Made by a program: the position numbers and the translations under genes | In this document: positions 24,457-32,393 of the stretch, piece by piece | Layout of the letters: each line of letters begins with the position of its first letter | How positions within the stretch are numbered: position 1 is the first letter of the stretch | NCBI GenBank assembly: GCA_016214925.1 | Contig: JACRMO010000110.1 | Location: 10,182 to 48,599 of the forward strand | Source: Gammaproteobacteria bacterium | GTDB lineage: Bacteria > Pseudomonadota > Gammaproteobacteria > Thiohalobacterales > Thiohalobacteraceae | DNA: 38,418 nucleotides | Reading direction: 5' to 3' | The notes under the pieces: generated by a model | Database searches by the model: none | Told to the model about the DNA's origin: nothing | What the model saw: only the letters and a program-made list of their open reading frames with translations

Positions 24457-25263
24457 ATGCCAAAAGCCGAGGACAGCGCAGCAGCGCTGCAACGTCTGTT
24501 GGACATCATGCGCCGCCTACGCGATCCGGACGGCGGCTGTCCCTGGGATTGCGCCCAGGATTTCCGCAGTATCGCGCCCTTTACCTTGGAAGAAGCCTAT
24601 GAAGTCGTCGATGCCATCGAACGCGAACGTCCCGATGAACTCTGCGATGAACTCGGCGATTTGTTATTCCAAGTGGTGTTTCATGCGCGCATGGCCGAAG
24701 AGCGTGGCTGGTTCGGTTTCGCGGAGGTGGCTGCGGCCATCGGCAATAAACTCGAACGGCGCCATCCACATGTGTTCGGCGATGTGGAGATCGCCGATGC
24801 CGAGGCGCAGACCCTGGCCTGGGAGGTGCACAAACGTGCGGAACGTGTACAGCAAGGACGACACGGTGTGCTCGATGGCGTGCCCCTGGCCTTGCCGGCG
24901 TTGACCCGCGCCGCCAAATTGCAACGTCGCGCCGCGCGCATCGGTTTGGACTGGCCGGATCACCAAGGTGTGCTCGCCAAGCTGCATGAAGAAATCGCCG
25001 AGGTCGAGGCAGCACGCACGGCTGACGATCAAGCCGCATTGAGCGCGGAGATCGGCGATCTGCTGTTTACCTGCGTAAACCTCGCACGTCATTTGGACGT
25101 CGATCCCGAAGGTGCCTTGCGCGCGGCCAACGCGCGCTTCGAGGCGCGTGTCGGCCATGTCGAGGCCAGTTTGGCAGCCACGGCAGCAGCCCCAGACCCC
25201 CGGATTCTGGATGCCGAAACCCTGGATCGCCTGTGGACGGCGGCCAAACAAACCGGGTTGTAG
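24457..25263 (+). CDS. mazG: Nucleoside triphosphate pyrophosphohydrolase MazG
   Basis: Tandem MazG domains (CPWDCAQDFRSIAPFTLEEAYEVVDAIE...ELGDLLFQVVFHA; second EEIAEVEAA...EIGDLLFTCVNLAR). AAGGAGA SD. Confidence 0.9.
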   Translation: MPKAEDSAAALQRLLDIMRRLRDPDGGCPWDCAQDFRSIAPFTLEEAYEVVDAIERERPDELCDELGDLLFQVVFHARMAEERGWFGFAEVAAAIGNKLERRHPHVFGDVEIADAEAQTLAWEVHKRAERVQQGRHGVLDGVPLALPALTRAAKLQRRAARIGLDWPDHQGVLAKLHEEIAEVEAARTADDQAALSAEIGDLLFTCVNLARHLDVDPEGALRAANARFEARVGHVEASLAATAAAPDPRILDAETLDRLWTAAKQTGL

Positions 25264-25329
25264 ATCGGGGCGCGGTTTCTGCTTACTATGCGCCGGGTTT
25301 GCGCACGCCATCACTTATGAGGGGTCGTT

Positions 25330-26526
25330 ATGGAGACACTACAAGCGGGAACTGACGTTCTCTTTATTCTACTGGGCGCCATTATGGTGCTTGCCATGCA
25401 TGCCGGCTTCGCCTTTCTGGAGCTCGGCACGGTGCGTGAGAAGAATCAGGTCAACGCCTTGGTCAAGATCATCTGCGACTTCGCCGTTTCGACCATTGCA
25501 TATTTCTTCGTCGGCTATGGTGTTGCCTATGGCGTGGATTTCCTGCGGGGCGCCGAGACGCTGACGGACAAGAACGGTTATGACCTGGTCAAATTCTTCT
25601 TCCTGCTGACTTTCGCGGCGGCAATCCCGGCGATCATCTCGGGCGGTATCGCGGAGCGGGCGCGGTTTCATCCGCAATTGATCGCGACCTTCTTATTGGT
25701 CGCGCTGGTCTATCCGTTTTTCGAAGGTATCAGTTGGAACGGTCAATGGGGCGTGCAGGACTGGATCGAGGCGCAGTTCGGCGCGCGTTTCCATGACTTC
25801 GCCGGTTCGGTCGTTGTCCACGCCATGGGAGGCTGGGTGGCACTTACCGCGGTGCTGCTGCTGGGCTCACGTCACGGGCGTTATGGAAAGGATGGCGCGG
25901 TGTACGCACATCCGCCGTCCAATATCCCATTCCTGGCCTTGGGTGCGTGGATTCTCACTGTGGGTTGGTTCGGTTTCAACGTGATGTCGGCACAGACCAT
26001 CGATGCGGTCAGTGGTCTGGTGGCCGTGAATTCATTGATGGCCATGGTCGGTGGGACGCTAGCCGCGTTGGTTGCAGGTCGTAACGATCCGGGTTTCGTA
26101 CACAACGGTCCGTTGGCCGGATTGGTCGCTGTTTGCGCGGGTTCGGATGTGATGCATCCGCTCGGCGCCTTACTGACCGGCGGTGTCGCCGGTGCGATGT
26201 TCGTGTGGTTGTTCACGCTGACGCAGAACCGGTGGAAGATCGACGACGTACTCGGTGTGTGGCCGCTGCACGGCTTGTGCGGCGCCTGGGGCGGGATCGC
26301 CGCCGGTATCTTCGGCAGCCAGTTCTGGGGCGGTTTGGGCGGTGTCAGCTTCGGCGCGCAGGTGGTCGGTACTCTGCTTGGCGTGGCGATCGCTCTGGCC
26401 GGTGGCTTTGCGATCTATGGCACGCTCAAAGCAGTGATGGGCCTGCGCCTGAGTCAGGAAGAGGAATATCAGGGCGCCGATCTCAGTATCCATCGCATCA
26501 AGGCGACACCGGAATACGACCGCTGA
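25330..26526 (+). CDS. amt: Ammonium transporter (Amt family)
   Basis: FILLGAIMVLAMHAGFAFLELG, FAGSVVVHAMGGW, LGAWILTVGWFGFN and GVWPLHGLCGAWGG are hallmark Amt motifs. Confidence 0.92.
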   Translation: METLQAGTDVLFILLGAIMVLAMHAGFAFLELGTVREKNQVNALVKIICDFAVSTIAYFFVGYGVAYGVDFLRGAETLTDKNGYDLVKFFFLLTFAAAIPAIISGGIAERARFHPQLIATFLLVALVYPFFEGISWNGQWGVQDWIEAQFGARFHDFAGSVVVHAMGGWVALTAVLLLGSRHGRYGKDGAVYAHPPSNIPFLALGAWILTVGWFGFNVMSAQTIDAVSGLVAVNSLMAMVGGTLAALVAGRNDPGFVHNGPLAGLVAVCAGSDVMHPLGALLTGGVAGAMFVWLFTLTQNRWKIDDVLGVWPLHGLCGAWGGIAAGIFGSQFWGGLGGVSFGAQVVGTLLGVAIALAGGFAIYGTLKAVMGLRLSQEEEYQGADLSIHRIKATPEYDR

Positions 26527-26543
26527 ACATTCTTCGATGAAAT

Positions 26544-26580
26544 AAAAAAGCGGGGATGCAATGCATCCCCGCTTTTGTTT
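26544..26580. terminator. Bidirectional intrinsic terminator between convergent amt and the SdrD-like gene
   Basis: AAAAAA-GCGGGGATGCA-a-TGCATCCCCGC-TTTTGTTT. A GC-rich palindrome flanked by an A-tract and a T-tract. Confidence 0.8.
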
Positions 26581-26597
26581 ACCGCAACTTTCGTTGC

Positions 26598-27782
26598 TTA
26601 TTGCGCGAGCGAATCGCGGTGCGGCGCACACAGACGACCGTTGTTGTAGTCATCCAGCTGCGCATGCAATGGCGAACCCATCACCCAGGCCTGGCTGCTG
26701 GCCAGCACTTGGCTGCGCACTGGCCCGTAGGTGGCCATCCAGTCATCGGCATTTTCGATCGTCTGATTAATGCAGCTGGCTTCGGTGCCGAGTGCGACGT
26801 TCAGCTTGGCAGCAACCAAGGCCTTGAACATCGTGATGGTCTTATCGGCCTTCTTAGCATTGCCCTCGGCGAGGCTCATCAACGAGATAGCCGTGGCCTT
26901 GGGATAGGTGACGCCGCCGATGGTGATCGATTCCACCGGCCAAGCTTCCGAATGATTTTTCCAATAACCGGGGGTACCGGTACCGACGTCCAGCTTGGGT
27001 GTGACATAACCGAAGTCGATGGTCTGGTCCGAGGCGTCGTTGGTCGCCAGAGTGACCAGGGTGCCGGCCGGCTCGTTGCTGTCGTCGGCGATGCCGGGGG
27101 CATTGCCGATAATCGTCGGCACCAGGTTCATGCCCAGCGGGTTGGCGTCGGCCGAAACGGTGTACTGACCCAGACACAGGTTCGGGAACTGGTAGTAACC
27201 GGGCTTGTTGTCCGGGCCACCGGTCATAGTCGTCGTGGTGACGATAGTGCCGTTGCTGTCTTGCAGGCTGACGATCACGCCGTTGAGGCCTGCTTCGGTG
27301 CTGTCCTGGATGCCATCGCGATCGCTGTCCAGCCACACATAGTCGCCGAGGGTGCCGGTGCAGGTCACAGTGCATTCGAGCAGGCCGATCTGCGATACAT
27401 CGATCGGCACAGTGTTGTAGCCGCGCAGTGTGGCTTGGCCGGAAACGACATAGGTGCCATTCAGCGTCTGATTCCACAGGCGGGTGAAATATTCGCGGAA
27501 CAAACCGGTTGGATCGGTCGTGGTGATCGCGAAGCTATCGTTTACGACGATAGGCGCGCTGCCGTCCGTCGGGCTGAGTGTAATGGAACTGTCTACCGTG
27601 GCGACTTCGCCCGCTGGCAGATAGGCAATGACACGGACATTGTAGTCATCGCAGGTAGCGGCCTTCATGGTTTCGGATTCGATCGACATGGACAACATAT
27701 CGGTCGCCGACGCCAAGGGCGCGCTCAGAATGGAAATCACCGCCAGCGCAACCGGTGACATTTTTTGTTGTTGTGCATTCAT
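26598..27782 (-). CDS. Secreted protein with SdrD-B/Cna-B-like fold domain and a C-terminal GTPGYWKNH-type domain
   Basis: Signal peptide (MNAQQQKMSPVALAVISILSAPLASA). GDYVWLDSDRDGIQDSTEAGLNGVIVSLQDSNG...GYYQFPNLCLGQYTV is a typical SD-repeat B-type domain. ATG 27782 follows GAGGG. Confidence 0.7.
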   Translation of the reverse strand: MNAQQQKMSPVALAVISILSAPLASATDMLSMSIESETMKAATCDDYNVRVIAYLPAGEVATVDSSITLSPTDGSAPIVVNDSFAITTTDPTGLFREYFTRLWNQTLNGTYVVSGQATLRGYNTVPIDVSQIGLLECTVTCTGTLGDYVWLDSDRDGIQDSTEAGLNGVIVSLQDSNGTIVTTTTMTGGPDNKPGYYQFPNLCLGQYTVSADANPLGMNLVPTIIGNAPGIADDSNEPAGTLVTLATNDASDQTIDFGYVTPKLDVGTGTPGYWKNHSEAWPVESITIGGVTYPKATAISLMSLAEGNAKKADKTITMFKALVAAKLNVALGTEASCINQTIENADDWMATYGPVRSQVLASSQAWVMGSPLHAQLDDYNNGRLCAPHRDSLAQ

Positions 27783-28119
27783 CGTACGACCCTCGTAGAC
27801 GGAATTATGGGTGTGGGTTGCGTTGGGCAGGCAGACGGTATGGGGCAAAAGCTCGGACTCACCTGCCGAATCTCCGCTCGGCTTCCACACGTTTGTTTTG
27901 CAGGCCAGAGTATCTCTGGAATGGGATGGGCGAGTCATGCCCTTGAGTCGCACAAGCGTGTAAGCATTTTGCGTATCTGATCCTGTTCTAGGGGCGTGCT
28001 CCATTGATAACAATGTGTTAAGTGCTTTCCGTGGCCGAGAGGCGGGGTGAGTCAGCGGTTTAGGCTCAACGTTGCCGGCCACGGGTCGATAGAAAGCTGT
28101 ACCGATCGGAGGATAGGCC

Positions 28120-29181
28120 TTGCAACCCGAACACAGCCCCATGGACCCGCGCCGTCTGGCGCAGTTGGTCCCGCTCAACAGTCTCTCGACGGACAATTTC
28201 AAGGATCTGGCCCAGAAGGTCCGTATCGAACATCTGACTGCCGGTCGTTCCGTGTTCCGGCGGGGTGACCGGGACAATCTGACCGTCTATCTGCTCGAAG
28301 GCGAACTGGAACTGCGCGACGCTGAGAATGCGCCATCGACATTGCAGGCGGGCATGCCCGCCGCACGCCACCCGTTGGCTCCGCAGCAGCCGCGCACGCT
28401 CAACGCGGTGGCGCGTACCGACATCAGCATCGTGCGCATCGATACCGATTTGCTGGACATCCTGCTCACCTGGGATCAGTCCGCCGGCTATGTCGTCACC
28501 GAATTGGAAGACGGGGATGCGGCCGCGGATGCCGACTGGATGACGCGGATGCTCGGTTCCAAAGTATTCCATCAGGTGCCACCGGCGAATATCCAGGAGA
28601 TTTTCCGACGCATGGAGGCGGTGCCGGTCAGCGCGGGCGACGTCGTGATCCGTCAGGGCGAGCAGGGCGATTATTACTTCGTGCTGCGCCAGGGGCAGGC
28701 CGAGGTCAGTCGCCGTGCGCCGAATGGTACCGTGATTCGACTGGCGCAATTGAATCAGGGTGCCTGCTTCGGCGAAGAAGCGCTGCTGTCGGATGGCGAA
28801 CGGAATGCCACGGTGACCATGCTGAGCGACGGCCTGATGATGCGCTTATCGAAAGCCGATTTCGACGCCCTGCTCAAAGCGCCGTTGCTGCATGACGTGG
28901 ATTTCGCCACGGCGACACAGCGGGTCGCCGGCGGCGCACGCTGGCTGGACGTGCGCCTGGAGAGCGAACATCACAACGGCGCAATCCCCGGCAGTCTCAA
29001 TATTCCGCTGTTTCTGTTGCGCCTGCGGTTGCGCGAACTCGACCCCGTGCTGACCTATGTGCTGTATTGCGATACCGGACGGCGCAGCGCGGCGGCGGCC
29101 TATCTGCTCAGCGAGGCAGGTTTCAATATTCTTATCCTCTCAGGCGGGTGTCTTGGTGTGTTGACGGCTGCGGCCGCCTGA
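28120..29181 (+). CDS. Tandem cyclic-nucleotide-binding domains fused to a rhodanese domain
   Basis: CNB-2 has a canonical phosphate-binding cassette (FGEEALLSDGERNATV). CNB-1 lacks it. The rhodanese domain has the active-site loop YCDTGRRS. TTG 28120 lies 7 nt after GGAGG; ATG 28141 is an alternative start. Confidence 0.8.
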   Translation: MQPEHSPMDPRRLAQLVPLNSLSTDNFKDLAQKVRIEHLTAGRSVFRRGDRDNLTVYLLEGELELRDAENAPSTLQAGMPAARHPLAPQQPRTLNAVARTDISIVRIDTDLLDILLTWDQSAGYVVTELEDGDAAADADWMTRMLGSKVFHQVPPANIQEIFRRMEAVPVSAGDVVIRQGEQGDYYFVLRQGQAEVSRRAPNGTVIRLAQLNQGACFGEEALLSDGERNATVTMLSDGLMMRLSKADFDALLKAPLLHDVDFATATQRVAGGARWLDVRLESEHHNGAIPGSLNIPLFLLRLRLRELDPVLTYVLYCDTGRRSAAAAYLLSEAGFNILILSGGCLGVLTAAAA

Positions 29182-29298
29182 ATTCCACACCTCTCTCTAG
29201 GGCACGGCTCTTGCAATCTCCCGATCACTGACCCGGCACCGTCGTTCGTTTGACGGTTCGCTGTGGTTGCCTGCTTTACATGCAGAGGCCGAATCGGG

Positions 29299-30609
29299 AT
29301 GTACAGACGCAGTATCGGGATTATCTTGCTGAGCGTATGGCTTGCTCAGGCAGCGTACGCCGGCACCCTCGACGCAGAAATCCAACGGCTGTTGCAGTTG
29401 GGTCAGCCGCAGGCTGCCTGGACACTGGCGCAGCAGAATCTGCCGGAGCATGCCGGCGAACCGGCATTTGATTTCGCGGCAGGTCTCGCCGCCCTCGAAG
29501 CGGGGCAACCACAGCATGCCGTCATGGCCCTGGAGCGGGTGCTGCTCGTGCAGCCCTCATTTCACCGCGCCCGTTTGGAGCTGGCGCGCGCCTACTACCA
29601 GTTAGGCGATTACGCCGCCGCGCGCCGCGAATTTCAGACCGTGGAGGCCATCGGCCCACCACCGAACGTGCGCCGGCGGGTCGAGTCGTTTCTCGCCGAG
29701 ATCCAACGTCGTGAAGAGGACGGCCGCACCCAAGTGACCGGTTACGTGGAGTTGCGTCCGGGTTGGGACAGCAACGTGAGCAGTGCCACGGCCGACAGCA
29801 CCGTCGATATTCCCGCGCTCGGGGTCGTCGGTCTTAGCGCGGACAGTCGCGCGCGCAGCGATCGCTTCCTGGACAAGAATGCCGGTGTCACGCTGGTGCG
29901 GCCGTTGGATAAACGCCGCGCCGTGTTTGCCGATGTGGCGTATCGCGACCGCGAGAATGTCGAAACGCAGGCGTATGACACGCGCAGTATCGGGCTGAGT
30001 GCCGGCATGGCCTGGGCCAATGAGGCGGATCGCATACGGTTGCCGGTGCAATATCAGGTGCTGTATCTCGCCAACCAAGAATATAGGCGCTTGGCCGCGC
30101 TGGGCGTGGAGTGGTCACGCGATCTCGACCCGCGCAATCAAGTGCTGGCCTTTGGTCAGTTAGGCACAATCCGCTATCCCGACGACGCGACCCGCGATGT
30201 GGATTCGTTGTTGGGCGGTGGCGCTTGGAACCATCGCTATGCCGAATTACCTCTGCTGGTGTCCACGAGCGCCTATCTCGGCGACGAGGCTGCGCGTGAG
30301 AGCGCCGGCGATCCCAATGGCCGCACGTATTACGGCGTGCGTCTGGGCGCGCAATGGAGCGGCATCCCGGCGCACACACCCTATGCCAGCCTGAGCTGGC
30401 AACATTCCGGTTACGACGCCGTAAACCCGGTGTTTGTGCGTACCCGCGACGAAGACTTCGCGGAACTGCGCCTGGGCTGGGATTGGCAGCCGCAGCAGCG
30501 CTGGAATGTAACCGCGGAGGCGAGTTTCGTGGACAACGGCGCGAATATCGCCTTGTACGACTACACGCGACAACAGTATGCGGTGGGTGTGCGGTATCAG
30601 TTCGATTGA
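29299..30609 (+). CDS. TPR + outer-membrane beta-barrel protein, DUF560/Slam-like (type 11 secretion system component candidate)
   Basis: Signal peptide MYRRSIGIILLSVWLAQAAYA. TPR-like helices (AVMALERVLLVQPSFHRARLELARAYYQLGDYAAARREF). About 280 aa of beta-strand-pattern sequence (GYVELRPGWDSNVSSA...) follow, ending NGANIALYDYTRQQYAVGVRYQFD. The family call is from architecture and remembered motifs. Confidence 0.55.
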   Translation: MYRRSIGIILLSVWLAQAAYAGTLDAEIQRLLQLGQPQAAWTLAQQNLPEHAGEPAFDFAAGLAALEAGQPQHAVMALERVLLVQPSFHRARLELARAYYQLGDYAAARREFQTVEAIGPPPNVRRRVESFLAEIQRREEDGRTQVTGYVELRPGWDSNVSSATADSTVDIPALGVVGLSADSRARSDRFLDKNAGVTLVRPLDKRRAVFADVAYRDRENVETQAYDTRSIGLSAGMAWANEADRIRLPVQYQVLYLANQEYRRLAALGVEWSRDLDPRNQVLAFGQLGTIRYPDDATRDVDSLLGGGAWNHRYAELPLLVSTSAYLGDEAARESAGDPNGRTYYGVRLGAQWSGIPAHTPYASLSWQHSGYDAVNPVFVRTRDEDFAELRLGWDWQPQQRWNVTAEASFVDNGANIALYDYTRQQYAVGVRYQFD

Positions 30610-30623
30610 ATGCGAGGTGTAGC

Positions 30624-32375
30624 GTGTCGTTAATCATGATAAGTCGCCGGTCATTCGCTGTGCTCTTGGGTTTGGCGCTGGCTTATGTGGTGAGCATGCA
30701 GCCGGTACTCGCTGCCGCGCCGGAGGCGGCCGGTCAGGTGATCGTCGCCAGCGGCACGGTACAAGCACTGGTGTCGACCGGCGAACAACGTACGCTGCGT
30801 CGACGCTCGCCATTCTATGCGGGTGAGATTATCCGCACTGCGGCGGCTTCCGCGGTGCAACTGCGCTTCAGCGACGGCGCATTGATGTCGTTGCGCGCCG
30901 ACAGTGAACTCAAGGTCGACAATTACCGATTTCAGAATCATGGCGGTGCCGGCGACCGCAGCATGTCCACCCTTATCAAAGGCGGCCTGCGCACCATCAC
31001 TGGCGTGATCGGCAAGCAGGATCCCTCGGCCTATCAACTGAGCACGCCGGTGGCGACCATCGGTGTGCGCGGCACGCATTACGAAGCGGTGCTGGAATCG
31101 CCGAAGAGTCTGGTGCTGGCGGCTTGGCAGGGCGGTATCCGCGTGCGCAACGAGCATGGCGCGATCGATCTGGGTGTAGGTGCCGATTACAACTTCGGCC
31201 GTGCCCAAGCCGAACAATCACCGCGTGGACTGCTGGAACCGCCGGCGGTATTGCAGAACGAAACGCCGGTCGGTCACGCGCAGCCTGTGGAGAAGACGGC
31301 GGCGCAGGACGAAAGCACGGCGCAAGAAGATGCCCCGACCGATACCGAGACACAGACGGCGGAAACGGGTACGGAACCATCGACAACCGAACCCACGGTC
31401 GCGGAAGGCGAGAGCGAGTTCTCCACGACCGACACGGGCGTTGCCACGGAACCCGCCGAGACTATGGGCGGCGATACCTTCGACAGTCCAATCGGCAGCC
31501 CGATCGCCGATACCGCGTGCAGCACCTGCGCCCCGCCACAGCAGATCGTGGTCACGCAACCGGACGATTTGCCGGCGTCTTCCGATCTGCGTTTCACCGC
31601 GCTCGAATGGGACAAGCTCAAGACTTCGCCGTATTTGGGCATGGCTGTGGAAGCCAATAACACGCCTGATTATGGCTTCGACGGTGGTCGTGTGCTCTAT
31701 CATGATACCGATTCGCCGGTGTTCGCCGACAACGGGTTCGGACCGCACGAGCCGCAGTACGCCACTGCGCCAATCCAGGATGTGCTACGCAGGGGTGGCG
31801 CGTCCGTCGATGCCTTCCAAAGTTTTCGTGTCGATGCCGGGCACACGGTCTATTGGGGAACGTGGAACGGCAACATCAACCCCGTGGAGATCCAGACCGA
31901 TGCGACCGATCCTACGGTCAAGGAGCACATCTATGCCCCTTTCCATTGGGCGACCTTGTTGCCCACCGATCCAGGCGCGATTGCCGCGCGTACCGGCACT
32001 GTGATGTATAACAACGTGATCGTTGCGCACGGCGGTGGCAGCGGTGGTGGGCCGCTCACGCCGGGTAATGTGATGTTCAACGCCAATGTGAATTTCGATA
32101 CCGGCGCCATTACCAACGGCAACCTGAATATCTACAACGGACCGGAAATATGGAACGTGGGCTTCGGCGGCAAGGTGGGTGGCAATATCGTGGATGTCCA
32201 CGTCAATAGCGCGATCAGTTCGGTCTCCGTGTCGACCACGAATCCCCAGCCGGTCGAAGGTGATATCGGAATGGCATTCACCGGGAATAACGGCCAGGCG
32301 ATCGGCGGCGGTTTTTCGTTGCAGGCGATCGGCAATCCGGGCACGCATGTCGAAGGCATTCTGCTGGTGAAATAA
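30624..32375 (+). CDS. Secreted chimera: N-terminal FecR domain, acidic Thr/Glu/Pro-rich linker, C-terminal TbpB-like (TbpBBD) beta-barrel
   Basis: SPI-type signal (FAVLLGLALAYVVSMQPVLAAAPE, no lipobox Cys). FecR-like region (VIVASGTVQAL...IRTAAASAVQLRFSDGALMSLRADSEL...STPVATIGVRGTHYEAV...GGIRVRNEHG). Linker of about 100 aa (EKTAAQDESTAQEDAPTDTETQTAETGTEPSTTEPTV...). C-terminal pattern ANVNFDTGAITNGNLNI...WNVGFGGKVGGN...VEGDIGMAFTGNNGQAIGGGFSLQ...VEGILLVK is like TbpB/fHbp barrels. Start is GTG 30624 (after GAGGTG) or ATG 30636. Confidence 0.6.
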   Translation: MSLIMISRRSFAVLLGLALAYVVSMQPVLAAAPEAAGQVIVASGTVQALVSTGEQRTLRRRSPFYAGEIIRTAAASAVQLRFSDGALMSLRADSELKVDNYRFQNHGGAGDRSMSTLIKGGLRTITGVIGKQDPSAYQLSTPVATIGVRGTHYEAVLESPKSLVLAAWQGGIRVRNEHGAIDLGVGADYNFGRAQAEQSPRGLLEPPAVLQNETPVGHAQPVEKTAAQDESTAQEDAPTDTETQTAETGTEPSTTEPTVAEGESEFSTTDTGVATEPAETMGGDTFDSPIGSPIADTACSTCAPPQQIVVTQPDDLPASSDLRFTALEWDKLKTSPYLGMAVEANNTPDYGFDGGRVLYHDTDSPVFADNGFGPHEPQYATAPIQDVLRRGGASVDAFQSFRVDAGHTVYWGTWNGNINPVEIQTDATDPTVKEHIYAPFHWATLLPTDPGAIAARTGTVMYNNVIVAHGGGSGGGPLTPGNVMFNANVNFDTGAITNGNLNIYNGPEIWNVGFGGKVGGNIVDVHVNSAISSVSVSTTNPQPVEGDIGMAFTGNNGQAIGGGFSLQAIGNPGTHVEGILLVK

Positions 32376-32393
32376 CGCGCGGTTGCCGAGCGG

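Noticed and set aside
26556-27758. 400-aa plus-strand ORF opposite the SdrD-like gene
   Set aside because: The Gly/Arg/Asp/Val-rich translation has no start context. It begins inside the bidirectional terminator. The minus-strand frame has an SD, a signal peptide and an SD-repeat-B motif.
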